DNA from: Candidatus Pacearchaeota archaeon
GTDB lineage: Archaea; Nanobdellota; Nanobdellia; Pacearchaeales; GW2011-AR1
Direction of reading: 5' to 3'
DNA: 64,000 bases
NCBI GenBank assembly: GCA_026395815.1
Contig: JAPLXZ010000012.1
Span: forward strand, 487-64,486
Shown: one piece after another, positions 38,736-49,700 of the stretch
Position numbering within the stretch: position 1 is the first letter of the stretch
How the letters are laid out: each line of letters opens with the position of its first letter
Position numbers and translations under genes: made by a program
The notes under the pieces: model-generated
The model's input: the letters and a program-made list of their open reading frames with translations, nothing else
Told to the model about the DNA's origin: nothing
The model's database searches: none

Positions 38736-39308
38736 TTGGATTCCATTGATTTTTGTATGATAACCTATAATGATATCTATGAAGTTGCAAGAAAAGAGAG
38801 GTATTCAGACCAGTTGCAACAATTGCCTAAGAATTTCATAGAAGAAGTCTGCAATTATCTCAAGGAAAAAAAGGAGATTGCAGCTAAACAAGACGATGTT
38901 TTTTCTGATGTTATAATAAAGACAAAAAAGCAAGTGGAAAATGCTACTACTCTTTTTAAGGAACTTTTGTTAAGAAGAAAAAAGAAAATTTTGGACTTGG
39001 TTTTGATTGCCACTGAAACTGGAATTTCCAAACAAGATTTTGAAAATATGCAACCTTTTGAAAAAGCCCTTTTTGAAGATTTAATGAAATGCATTGACAT
39101 TTCTGAAAAAAGATTAAGCTGTGTATTAAATGGAAATGAGGAACAAAAGAACGATTTAATTGTCTTTAAAGAAAATGTTGAAGAATTTATTGATTTGAAT
39201 GGAGAGAAAATGGGTCCCTTTGAAAAAGGGCAAATAGCAAATATTCCAAAGGAAATTGCAAAGATTCTTATTGAAGGAAATAAAGCAGAAATGGTTGTGG
39301 ATAATTAA
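38736..39308 (+). CDS. GINS-like (Gins51/Sld5-type) replication protein, tentative
   Basis: The pattern YEVARKERYSDQLQQLPKNFIEEVCNYLKEKK...LLLRRKKKILDLVLIA resembles the archaeal GINS N-terminal domain. The TTG start in the track may really be the ATG at 38758. Confidence 0.4.
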   Translation: MDSIDFCMITYNDIYEVARKERYSDQLQQLPKNFIEEVCNYLKEKKEIAAKQDDVFSDVIIKTKKQVENATTLFKELLLRRKKKILDLVLIATETGISKQDFENMQPFEKALFEDLMKCIDISEKRLSCVLNGNEEQKNDLIVFKENVEEFIDLNGEKMGPFEKGQIANIPKEIAKILIEGNKAEMVVDN

Positions 39309-39319
39309 AAATTATAAAA

Positions 39320-39427
39320 AGCCTGTAGAGAGACTTGCACTCCCGACCCTCTGCTTACAAGGCAGTTGAGCAGATTCTAACATTTTACTGCTATGAATCT
39401 AATGCTCTGCTCCTGAGCTATACAGGC
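39320..39427 (-). tRNA. tRNA-Thr(UGU) with 36-nt non-canonical intron (39366..39401) at the D-arm/anticodon-stem junction
   Basis: Hand fold: acceptor GCCTGTA/TACAGGC, discriminator U, D arm GCTC-AGGAGCA-GAGC. After intron removal the anticodon stem is a perfect TCTGC/GCAGA with loop CTTGTAA. BHB geometry: the 4-bp helix GAGC:GCTC is flanked by 3-nt bulges ATT and AAC, with an inner 6-bp helix AGATTC:GAATCT. The T loop TGCAAGT is atypical (G at position 55). Confidence 0.7.
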
Positions 39428-39446
39428 TTGATTATAAGGATATTTC

Positions 39447-40103
39447 TTAATTTTTAAACTTGTTTGTTTTCCATCTCAATGGAAGTTTATTATCAAACCT
39501 TATATAATAAAAGGGAATATTATTGGTATAGTTTATCTTTGGATTAGAGCAGTTTAAATTCAATCTTTGGCACAATTTACTTACTTCTTTTATTAGATTA
39601 ATCCTTTTCTGCTTAAATTGTATCCTCTTCTTATAGACGCTACCATCAGTGTCAACCAATCCTGCTAAATAAGCTGATGCATAATTTTTGTTAGTCTCAA
39701 CTATTTTTGGCAGATTTCCTACCTTCTTTTTTCCTATTTCGCTCCCCAAATTTGCAAAATAAAAAAAGAATGCGGCATTCTCTATTCTTAGATAATATGA
39801 ATTTTTCTTCCTTTTGTCTCTATTAATCCTTCCATCAATTAGAAAAAGACTACCTAATAATCCCTTAAGGTAATTAATATATTCTTTACTTCCGGAATAT
39901 ATCCTAAAAAGATAATGATAACCCCCTCTTTTTCTTTCAGTTATACTTAACGAACCATCACCATCTATAACCCCCAATAGATAGGCAATATCCTTGTTTA
40001 CTTTAGGAATTTTTATTTTACTCTTTCTTGTTCTAATTGAATCGGATTCTATTTTGTGGTAAATGTTTCTATTGGACAGTTCTTCAGAAATTCTTTTAAT
40101 CAT
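39447..40103 (-). mobile_element. free-standing double-motif LAGLIDADG homing endonuclease gene
   Basis: Two LAGLIDADG motifs (LLGVIDGDGSL and LAGLVDTDGSV) in 218 aa. Its stop is 19 nt upstream of tRNA-Thr on the same strand. Confidence 0.8.
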
Positions 40104-40188
40104 ATTTAGAGCGTCTGAATTGTAATATACAGAATTACATCTTTTTATATTTTTACTTTTTTAAAAGATTTCTTATTGGCTTTTCATC

Positions 40189-40284
40189 TCAAGAACTCTA
40201 ATCTCGCAAAGTGCAAGAGTTCATTTCATTCACTCTTTTACTTTGCTTTAACTTCAAGAACTCTAATCTCGCAAAGTGCAAGAG
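40189..40284. repeat. perfect 31-bp direct repeat (40189..40219 and 40254..40284) duplicating the 3' coding end of rps3Ae
   Basis: TCAAGAACTCTAATCTCGCAAAGTGCAAGAG occurs twice, 65 bp apart. The copy inside the gene encodes ..LALCEIRVLEVKAK*. The intergenic copy would encode ..LALCEIRVLEMKSQ*. Confidence 0.9.
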
Positions 40285-40771
40285 GATAAATCTTTTTTAA
40301 TTTCAAACTCAATGGTCTTTGCACTTGATTTTTTATCACTTCATCGAATAGCTCTTCTGAAGTTTTATCTTTTACATAATTCAATAATTCTTCTCTTGCT
40401 TTATTTCTAAGAGCCTTTCTAATAGCTCTTGATACTTTTCTTCTTGTTATCAAAAATGGCTTTATTCTTATTTGAGCATCTTTGCATGTGGCAGAGAAAG
40501 AATCCTCAACATAATTTGTTCCTTTTCTTATCATTCTTCTCAAGAAATAAGGCATAAGGACAATCTTTCTTGGAACGCCAACAGCTTTTCCATCTTGAAT
40601 GCCGATTTTTAATGTAAGAAGTATACTTTTTCCTTTTAACATCCTCGTTAAATCATATTTGATAAACCTGTTTTCCAATTCTGGAAGTTCATATGCTTGC
40701 AGCTGTGTTTGCTTGCTTATTATAGGCATTTCAACATCAAAAAATCTTTTTTTCTTTTTAGTTTGAGCCAT
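40238..40771 (-). CDS. rps3ae: 30S ribosomal protein S3Ae (eS1)
   Basis: The basic N-terminus KKKKRFFDVEMP, central ...RKGTNYVEDSF...DAQIRIKPF and C-terminal YPL..CEIRVLEV fit the S3Ae pattern. Confidence 0.75.
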   Translation of the reverse strand: MAQTKKKKRFFDVEMPIISKQTQLQAYELPELENRFIKYDLTRMLKGKSILLTLKIGIQDGKAVGVPRKIVLMPYFLRRMIRKGTNYVEDSFSATCKDAQIRIKPFLITRRKVSRAIRKALRNKAREELLNYVKDKTSEELFDEVIKNQVQRPLSLKLKKIYPLALCEIRVLEVKAK

Positions 40772-40772
40772 T

Positions 40773-41084
40773 TTATTCTTGGATTATTTTTCCTGTTCTT
40801 ATACCTTTCTTTTGATATTTAGATTTTCCACAAGCACTACAAGTGTACATGATATTTGTTTTCTTAGTAGTCTTTGTTTTTCTTTTGAATTTTGACATTG
40901 CAGGTTTACTTCCCCATTTTCCTTTATTTCCCATTCCCCTGCCCTTTCCTCTTAATCTTGCTCTGTGTTTTGAACCCCTTGTTAATGTTCCTCTTTGAAA
41001 ACCTGTTCCTACTAACTTTATTTTCTGTTCTGTCTTTTTTTTACAATATGGACAATATCTCTTAGTTGTCTTAGGTACTTTCAT
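40773..41084 (-). CDS. rpl44e: 50S ribosomal protein L44e (eL42)
   Basis: MKVPKTTKRYCPYCKKKTEQK...YTCSACGKS has the four-Cys zinc ribbon. The start is moved to the internal Met at 41084. Confidence 0.75.
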   Translation of the reverse strand: MKVPKTTKRYCPYCKKKTEQKIKLVGTGFQRGTLTRGSKHRARLRGKGRGMGNKGKWGSKPAMSKFKRKTKTTKKTNIMYTCSACGKSKYQKKGIRTGKIIQE

Positions 41085-41168
41085 AATGTCCTCACTTCGT
41101 TCCGGATGAAACTTACCTTTGAATTTGGAATTTTCATAAAGAAGAAACAAGAAAAAGCTTTTTAAATA

Positions 41169-41414
41169 TTACCCTGCCTTTTTGGCAAAGATATTTTTGA
41201 TTGTTTCAATCAATCCTTCAGGAATAATTGGTTGTTTAAGGTAAAGTCTTATTCCTATCCATAAAACCAAAATGACTATCAGAGCAATTATTATTGTCTT
41301 TGAACTAGAGCTCTTTCTTCTTCCTGTAAAACTATGACCGCATTTTATGCAGTATGAATCACCTGAATCTGCAGATTTTCCACATCTTGGACAGAACTTT
41401 TTTTGTTTCGCCAT
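41169..41414 (-). CDS. zinc-ribbon membrane protein
   Basis: CPRCG...CIKCGH zinc ribbon followed by one TM helix. Confidence 0.55.
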   Translation of the reverse strand: MAKQKKFCPRCGKSADSGDSYCIKCGHSFTGRRKSSSSKTIIIALIVILVLWIGIRLYLKQPIIPEGLIETIKNIFAKKAG

Positions 41415-41452
41415 ATTGTTATATGGTTTTCTTATTTATAAAATTAATCAAA

Positions 41453-41596
41453 TGGTCCCACCAAGAATTGAACTTGGGTTTCATCCATCTCGATGTTTAC
41501 ATCACTTCTTTAAAGGAAGTTGATTGTCAGAGTTAAATCTTGAAGATTTTACTCTACAACGTCAAGGATGTGTCTTAGCCACTGGACTATGGGACC
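41453..41596 (-). tRNA. tRNA-Val(GAC) with 72-nt canonical (37/38) intron at 41488..41559
   Basis: Hand fold: acceptor GGTCCCA/TGGGACC, anticodon stem CATCC/GGATG, loop TTGACG..T, T arm CCAAG-TTCAATT-CTTGG. BHB geometry: TTGA pairs with intron TCGA and is flanked by 3-nt bulges. The D stem has one C-A mismatch. Confidence 0.8.
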
Positions 41597-41641
41597 TTAT
41601 TAAATTAAATCGGAAATGTTTAAAAAGTTTGTTTTACAATT

Positions 41642-41836
41642 ATGATTATGAAAAGCGGTTTTAAAACACTCTGGTTTTTATTGCATGCTGTAATTGGATT
41701 ATATCTAATAAATTATCAATTTAAATTTGTAAACCTTGACATCTTTTCTACAATCGACGGATGGATAGTTCTTATCGGCGGCATTTTATTAATAATTGCA
41801 GGTGTAATGTCTCTAAGAAAGTCTGATACTCAATAA
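41642..41836 (+). CDS. small two-TM membrane protein
   Basis: 64 aa with two hydrophobic helices. It lies 41 nt upstream of the next gene on the same strand. Confidence 0.5.
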   Translation: MIMKSGFKTLWFLLHAVIGLYLINYQFKFVNLDIFSTIDGWIVLIGGILLIIAGVMSLRKSDTQ

Positions 41837-41877
41837 GTTTTGATAAGATTTATATACGTAATTCCCATTATTTTTTC

Positions 41878-43710
41878 ATGCACAATAAAAGAGGGCAAGT
41901 TACTATTTTTATAATAGTTGCAATCCTTATTGTAGCAGGAGTCATAGGTTTTTTTATTCTAAGGCAACAGTTATCAGTCCAATTCATCCCTGCAAACTTA
42001 AACCCAGTTTACAAAACTTTTTTATCATGCTTGGAAGATAAAACTCTTGTTGGGATTGATGTTCTTGAAAGCCAAGCAGGATATATAGAACTGCCAGCGT
42101 TTAAACCAGGAAATTCTTACATGCCCTTTTCATCACAACTTAATTTTTTGGGAAATCCAATTCCATACTGGTACTATGTTTCAGAAAATAATCTTCAAAG
42201 AGAGCAGGTGCCTTCAAAAGAGAAAATGGAAGAGCAACTTAAGAAATTTGTTGAGGATAATGCAAAAAAATGTGATTTTGAGAATGATTATGCAAATGGT
42301 TTTGAAATAGTTCAAGGAGAACCAAAAGCAACAGTAACAATTAGGAATAATAACGTGAATGTAAAGCTGAGCATGAATTTTGATATTGCAAAAGGAGAAG
42401 ATAAAGTTTTAGTAAAAAATCATGACGTTTCAGTTCAATCTAAATTAGGGACATTGTATAATTCAGCAAGAAAAGTCTATGATAAAGAGCAAAAAGAATT
42501 ATTCTTAGAAAATTATGGGGTGGATACTTTAAGGCTTTATGCTCCTGTAGATGGAGTTGAAATTTCATGCAGTCCTAAGATATGGAATGCTGATGAAGTA
42601 TTTAATAATCTAAAAGATGCAATTGAAATGAACACTTTTGCATTAACAACTCAAGCTTCATCTAAAGAAAATAAATATTTTGTTGTTGATGTTCCTGTTA
42701 GCGAACAAGTGAGATTTATCAATTCGAGAAATTGGTCAAATAGTTTTGAAGTTTCTCCTTCTGAAGGAAGTATTTTAATATCTAACCCTGTTGGAAATCA
42801 ACCTGGATTAGGCATCTTAGGATTCTGTTATGTTACTTATCATTTTGTTTATAGTGTTAAGTATCCCGTTTTAATTCAGGTTTCTAGTGGAGATGAAACC
42901 TTTCAATTTCCAGTAGCTGTTGTTATTCAAGGAAACAAGCCAAGAGAAGCATTAAATTCAGAAGCAAAGGCAATTGGCGTTGAATTATGCGCATATAAGA
43001 ACACACTTGTTAATGTTAGGACTTATGACACGAGTTTGAATCCAGTCAATTCACACATATCTTATGAGTGTTTCGGGGAGATTTGTGATATTGGGGATGC
43101 TTCTTCAGGACTTTTAAGTGCTGAATTTCCTCAATGCGCAAATGGTTTTGTTGTAGCAACAGCAACTAATTTTGAAGAGACTAAGCAATTATACTCAACA
43201 ACACAATCAGGAGATGTTAATGTGATTATGGATAAACTTTACAATTTAAACGTCAGATTAAAATTAGATGGAAAGGATTATAATGAGAAAGCAATAATAT
43301 CTTTCACTTCTGAAGAAGGAAATTCCAAAGTTGTTTCTTATCCCGAACAAAAGAGCGTTAAATTAACTGAAACTCAATATGAAGTTCAGGCTTATATCTA
43401 TAGAGATTCTTCAATACAATTCCCTGAGACAAGCTATCAGCAATGCATAGATGTTCCAACTTCAGGCATTGGCGGATTGTTTGGAATGAAAGAAAAGAAA
43501 TGTTTTGATATTAAAATACCAAGTCAAACGATTTCGAGCGTGCCTGCTGGTGGAGGAACACAGCAATATTATCCATTAGAATCTGAATTGAAGAATTCAA
43601 ATACAATTGAGATAAATGCAAAAGGGCTGGCAGTTCCAAAATCACTCGAAGAAATTCAAACTGCTTATGCAGCCTTAGAGAGCAATGGTTTGGATATAAA
43701 TTTGAAATGA
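41878..43710 (+). CDS. large (610 aa) protein with class III (pilin-type) signal peptide
   Basis: N-terminus MHNKRG/QVTIFIIVAILIVAGVIGFFIL, with Gln at +1 as in 19777..20148. The remainder is predicted extracellular with several Cys. No family recognised. Confidence 0.6.
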   Translation: MHNKRGQVTIFIIVAILIVAGVIGFFILRQQLSVQFIPANLNPVYKTFLSCLEDKTLVGIDVLESQAGYIELPAFKPGNSYMPFSSQLNFLGNPIPYWYYVSENNLQREQVPSKEKMEEQLKKFVEDNAKKCDFENDYANGFEIVQGEPKATVTIRNNNVNVKLSMNFDIAKGEDKVLVKNHDVSVQSKLGTLYNSARKVYDKEQKELFLENYGVDTLRLYAPVDGVEISCSPKIWNADEVFNNLKDAIEMNTFALTTQASSKENKYFVVDVPVSEQVRFINSRNWSNSFEVSPSEGSILISNPVGNQPGLGILGFCYVTYHFVYSVKYPVLIQVSSGDETFQFPVAVVIQGNKPREALNSEAKAIGVELCAYKNTLVNVRTYDTSLNPVNSHISYECFGEICDIGDASSGLLSAEFPQCANGFVVATATNFEETKQLYSTTQSGDVNVIMDKLYNLNVRLKLDGKDYNEKAIISFTSEEGNSKVVSYPEQKSVKLTETQYEVQAYIYRDSSIQFPETSYQQCIDVPTSGIGGLFGMKEKKCFDIKIPSQTISSVPAGGGTQQYYPLESELKNSNTIEINAKGLAVPKSLEEIQTAYAALESNGLDINLK

Positions 43711-43734
43711 TAATAAAAAAGTAGAAAAATAGTA

Positions 43735-46700
43735 ATGAAAATAAATAAAAAAATTCAACTTGGAGTGCTTTTGCTAATTGTAATTGTACTTAGTTCAATT
43801 TGCATTTCAGCAACATATATGAGTTCAAATCCGCAATATACTCAATATAATGTACAGGGTTCAGGTACTTTTGACAGCTCAATGTGTCAAGCAGGGACTG
43901 ATTTTATAATTCAAATTGCTCATTTTGGATGCACACCTGCAGTTGTAAGAGATGATTTGCTTGAAGAGCAGGATGTTCCTGTTTTTTGTCAAATTGCAGC
44001 AACCCAGATTAATCCATTGATTGATGTTGAAGCAATTGATAGCATTTCTTTTTCAGGACAATATCCTCCAATTGTCAAGGGGATTGGCTTTCATCCTGCA
44101 AGCGCAGCACTTGGAGTTCAAAATGACTTGAACACTCCAATTCTAAGCAATATAGGTTATGTAGTTATTTTATTAAGGAAGCAGACAAACACTTCAGCAA
44201 TTCCTAATTTTGTTATAGGCAATTTAACAGCAAAAATAAAATATGATGTTAAGAATACGCTTGGAGTCGGAAGTGCTTTGTTTTATTTGCCTGAATTTGA
44301 AAATGAAGAAGAATGGATTTCAAAAAAATCACAATATGGATTTTGGAATGGAAAGGGATATTTGAGAGCAGAAGATATAAGCAGCAATGGAGCAACGATT
44401 TCTGTTTACAATGATGCCAGAGAAATTGCAAGCGTGAATTTACAAAAAGGAGAAACTTCTGAAAAAATTGCTATCCCTGGATTTGAATGCACTGCCAGTT
44501 TAAGATTGAAACTTGGAGGATTGGAAAATCCAGATACAAGAGCGCAATTAAGAATTAATGCAGAAGTTATTGAGGTTGGAAAAGGAGAGAAGTTTTTGGA
44601 AAACAAATGCCAAGTAAAAGATTTGAGCAAGAGAGGACTCGTGCAAAGAGTTATTCTTAAATGTCAGGAAGATACAGGAACAAAAACCTTCAGTTTAATA
44701 ATAAGCCCAAGATTAAGCTTTACAATTAACGGAGAGGAGAAAGAAGTCGGTTTAGGAGATTATTTGTATGATAAGGATAGTAGTAAAAAAGTTTTCTTAG
44801 GTTACATAGGAACCAAAGGAAATTCAAACAACCCAGAAGAATTAGGAGTTTATCTTGTTGCACTTCCTAGAACATCTATGGCAGCATTAAGTGAGGCTGA
44901 ACTTTCTTCTATTACTTCTTTAGGAGATTTAATAAATTCTCAAGCAGCATCAAGCGGGATTATTGACATAACTTCTTCAGCAATTAAATCTGTTGCAGGT
45001 TTGGTTAATCAACTTTCTCGATATATAACAAGCGGACAAGAAATTTACAGATTGTATCAGGGAGATGAACAAATTGTTTTTGGCAGGGAAGTTTCTTTTT
45101 CTGGCTTTGCTGATGCACAAGATATAGAACTTGACAGCAGTGTAACGGAATATTATAACAATGCAAAAGAAGATTATGAGACAATCAGAGAAAGTTATTC
45201 TACAGAACCTTACAATGAAAAAGCGAGTTTTGGAGAAGAAGCTTTGTATAATGAGATAGTTCTTGCTTGGGATGCAAGTCAAAAGATAACTGTCTTGGAT
45301 TTATGCGCAGAATTTGAAGATAGCTATCCTAATTCAGAAAAGAAAAAGGAGATAGAAGGATATTGCAAGAATAACTACGGACTTTCAAATCAGGAAAATG
45401 CTGCTAAGCAGGTTACAATCAACGGAGTAAACAAGGAAATTACATTTGATAGAATTTCTGAACCAAATTTGGATGAGTATGGTGTTCATATACAAGTTTC
45501 TAGTTCAAAGGGAAATGATGGCTATGATTTAAAGAAAAATCAAATAATTTATTTAAGCAGTTCTTCAAATGATTTCATCCAACTCATTTCTGCTGATGAT
45601 AATTCTGCTAGTATAAAGGTAAGTGTTGCAACTTCAACTGCTGGCCAAATAATCGAATTAGAAAAAGATGTTATGAAAAAGAGGGGGGATTATTCTCTTA
45701 CTCTTACACAAGTCAACTTAAAGAAACTTGCAAAAGTTTCTGTTATTCCTGGATATGAAAATGCAGGAACAGAAGCTAAGTTTGGATTTAAAATTGGGAT
45801 AGAAAAGAGAAATGTTGTATTAGTTCCAGAAAAGATAAGAGAAAAAATTATTAATATAACTGCACAAATAAACAAATGGCAAAATTATTCGGATTCTATA
45901 GGAAAAGGAGTTGAGGCGCTTAAATCAGCTTGTCTTGTTACAGGTGCAGCATTAGTTGTTAAAAATTTCCTTGCAAATGTTGGAGGAATGGGAATTGCAA
46001 GGCAACAAATTATGAGAGGAGTTGGAGGATGGTTTAAAAAATGTGATGCTTTAGTAGCAAGCGGGAATTACATATCACAAGACGATTGTTTATTGAAAAA
46101 TTCAGACCAAATAGACAAAGATGTAAAAGAATTAAATAATATACTTGGTCAGCAGAATAGTAATATAAAGGAATTGGAAGAAGGAATTACAAAGCAGCAA
46201 TTTTTGACAGAAAGTGTTGTTGATACAAAACAATTCATGAAGAGATACATACTAAGTGTTACAACTTATTTAAACAATAATCTTGAAACAACTATTGTTG
46301 ACCCAAGTGGAAAAGGAGAGCCAATAAACAAAGCAGATATTTTATCAATTCTTTCTTATGCAAATTGGGAAGAAGGAAAATACACTAAGGAGCAATTAAG
46401 AGACATTGAACTTTATGCAAGAATGATGGAAGATGCAAGTGCAAGCCAGGAATTAAGGGATATTGCAAATGCAAGGCTTTATTCTGTTTTATCAGATGTA
46501 ATGGAGAATTCTGCTAATCTTGTTCAGACTACAAACTGGGCAAGTAGTTTAGGTGTTCCACCAAGCAAGACTAATTTCATAGAAGTTGGAGGAAATGTAA
46601 GAAGAGAACCATACCAAGGATTAAAAATCAGTGATATAGGGATGAATATAAATGGTTTTTCTTCAGATACTCCTATTGCTTTAGTTTCTACTTCAGATGG

Positions 46701-49700
46701 AAGAAGATATATAATTGTTTTGGATGACTCTTCTGGACTGCCTCAAATTCCTATAATGAGAACAAGCGATAATAAACTTGCAATTTATGATTCTTTAGGG
46801 GCTTTTGTTGAAAATCCTCCTGTAGAATTAACAAAATTGTATTTTGAAAAGTTTGATTCAACAACTTATCAAAACCAATACAAAAATCCACAGCTTAGAT
46901 ATTATGAAACAGAGCCATATAAAGGATTGCCTGCAATTGTTCCATTTGATTTGAAAAAAGGATGGTATGCTGCTACAAAGCAAACTTTGCCTGTTGGTGG
47001 AAATATACAATCATACGATGCTTCTGGAAGAGTGAGTAGCTTTTATTTGTGTAATGTTGGACCAGATGGATTAGAAGAAAACATCGGTGGAAATGATATT
47101 TGTCAAATGATTAACACAGGAACAGGAATGCCTTACAATGTTTTTCCAGGACTTAGTGAAACAGAAGCAAAGAAGTATGTTGATTGTGGAGTTAGTGCAA
47201 TTGAGCAAGCTTCAAGAGCATATAAATCCGGAATTTCTGGAACCATTAAAATTTCTACTTCTTGTGGAACTGTTAACCCAACAGTTGGCTCGCCTGCAGT
47301 GGATACTCCTCAAATGGAATGCCAAGATTTCATGTCTCCTAAAGAATGTTTGTTGTTATTCAATCTTTGTGACCCTGTAATTTGTCCTTCAAGCAGATGT
47401 GATTTAGGAGGAGCATATCCTGTTAAAGATGTAATTCAATCAGGAATAATTGGAAGTCTTGTCTTATGTTTGCCGAATATTCGAGAAGGAATTGTTATAC
47501 CTGTTTGCCTTACAGGAGTTAAAGCAGGAATAGATGGTTTGTTGTCAGTTATGACTTCTTATAGAGATTGTCTGCAAGAAAGTTTAGACACAGGAAAAAT
47601 GGTTGGAATATGTGATGAAATTTATAGCATATATATGTGTGAATTTTTATGGAAACAAGCATTGCCTATCGCAAATCTTATAATACCAAAAATGATTGAG
47701 ATACTTCTTGGACAGAATGTTAGGGGAGGAGGAGAATATTTAGGAGTAGCAAATGCATGGAGTGCTGCAGAAAAATCAATAAATTATTTTACTCAATATT
47801 ATGGGGCAAATTCAATGAAGGCATTTCAAGCAAGAACAACAGAAGGCTTAGGCACTGAAATTTGCAAAGTATATGTTTCAGGAGTTTATCCAGAAGGAGG
47901 AAATTTACTTGACACTTTAGTGCAGCCAGATTCACCTCCCCAATTCCATGGAAGATTTGATGAGATTCCCTTCACCTCTGCAACTGTTCCCTCAATTTCA
48001 CAATATAAGGTATTCTATCACATTTATGCAGGAAAAGATTCAGGAGTTTATTATAAGGTTTATCTGGCAGGAATTCCGGGCAGTTCATATTACCAAGATA
48101 CATCAGAGACATTGATTGTTGCTTCTGGTTATGTTGCTGTTGGAAGTTATGCTACTGAAACAAAAGATTTTACTGCTCCTTCAGGATATAAGGAGTTGTG
48201 CATAAATGTAAACGGACAAGAAGAATGTGGATTTAAAGAAATTTCAACTTCTTTTGCAGTTAATTACATCGAAGATTTATATTTGCAGGAACAAGCAAAT
48301 CAGACAGACATTCAAACAGAAGCAGAATGCATTTCAGGAACTGCAAGTGCTTATAGTTTGCTAAATCCAAATACAGAAGCAGCAGCAGAAGAACTTATCA
48401 ATCCCGCAATTTACAATGAAGGAATAATCAGAATCTGCGCAACATTAAGTCCTGGAAAAGGAACAGACCCTTATTATGGGACAGAAGATGCAAGATGGAA
48501 GCGAGTTGGTTATTGTGGAGATGAGACTATGAAATGCTGGCTTGACACACAAAGTGTTGAAGATGTAATAATAACAACAACGGTTGAAGGAGAAACCTTA
48601 GAAGATGTTACAGATAGCTATCTAGATATTTTGCAAAATGAAGAGGGATATTTGAGCGAAGAACAATTTGAATCAAATGTTACAAAGATAAAAAAAGAAG
48701 ATGATCCTTCAAAGAGAATAAATCTTATTAATGGGATATTAGAAAAGGTTTTCTTAAATAATGAGAAAGCAGAATTGTTATTGTTAAGAGGAAATGCTTA
48801 TTATGAGATTATGAGAATTGTTTTGAGCAGGGTAATTGTTGAAAAGGAAAAAACCTTGCCAGAAATAATTTCTACAGCCACTCCAACAGAAAATGTCACT
48901 GAATCTTCAATTACAACTCTTCCAGAAATTCCAGAAGAACTCGCTCCAGAGCCAGAATCTGCAATTGGACTTAAAATTTGGCAGACTGCTAAGAATTATG
49001 CTGTTAGCGGATGGGATGAATATAGAGTATTAAGCAGCGGGGCCGAGGAATATACTAATGTTTGCACTAGATTTGTTATTCGTGTAATGATTAAAGCAGG
49101 TGTTACAACTCCTAGAATAGTTGATGTTAGTGTGAAGTCAGGAACTAAAGAACTTAAAGACACTTATACGCCTTTGGAAAATATGGACAGTTTGATTCCA
49201 ATCTTTACAACAAGCAATGATTTTGTGGAAGTGGGTGTAAATAAGTTAGAAAGAGGGGATATAGTTATGTTTGGATTTGGAACCGAAAAAACTCAGCATA
49301 TTATAATCTTTGATAGTTATACATCAGATGGAAAATACATCAATGGTTATGGAGATCCTGGAAAACCACCAATCACTACTGTTTTTGGTGCTAATAATAA
49401 CAAGGTCCAATTAGAAAAATATCCTATTAAATCTTCTAATTCAAACGAATTGTACTTTTATAGAGCATTCAGGTATACAGGAGATTTAAGTGCAGAAGAA
49501 AAAGCAAAGGAAGAAGCAGCAGCAGTAACTCATACAGAAACTCCTGTAGAAGAACCCCCAACAGTAACTGAAACAAGCATGAGTAAGAAAATATTACAGA
49601 CTTCTATAAACCTTCGTGCTCAAGGTTCTACTGGATCTTCTGTTCAATTTGTAAGCAAAGTATTGATTGGAGCAGGAGTGCAAGGAATAACTTCAACTTC

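Noticed and set aside
39393-39403. An alternative reading of the 39320..39427 tRNA as tRNA-Met(CAU), using the TTAGA-TTCATAG segment.
   Set aside because: No complementary TCTAA strand exists to close that stem. The segment falls inside the BHB-defined intron. The Thr(UGU) model gives a perfect stem and a U discriminator.
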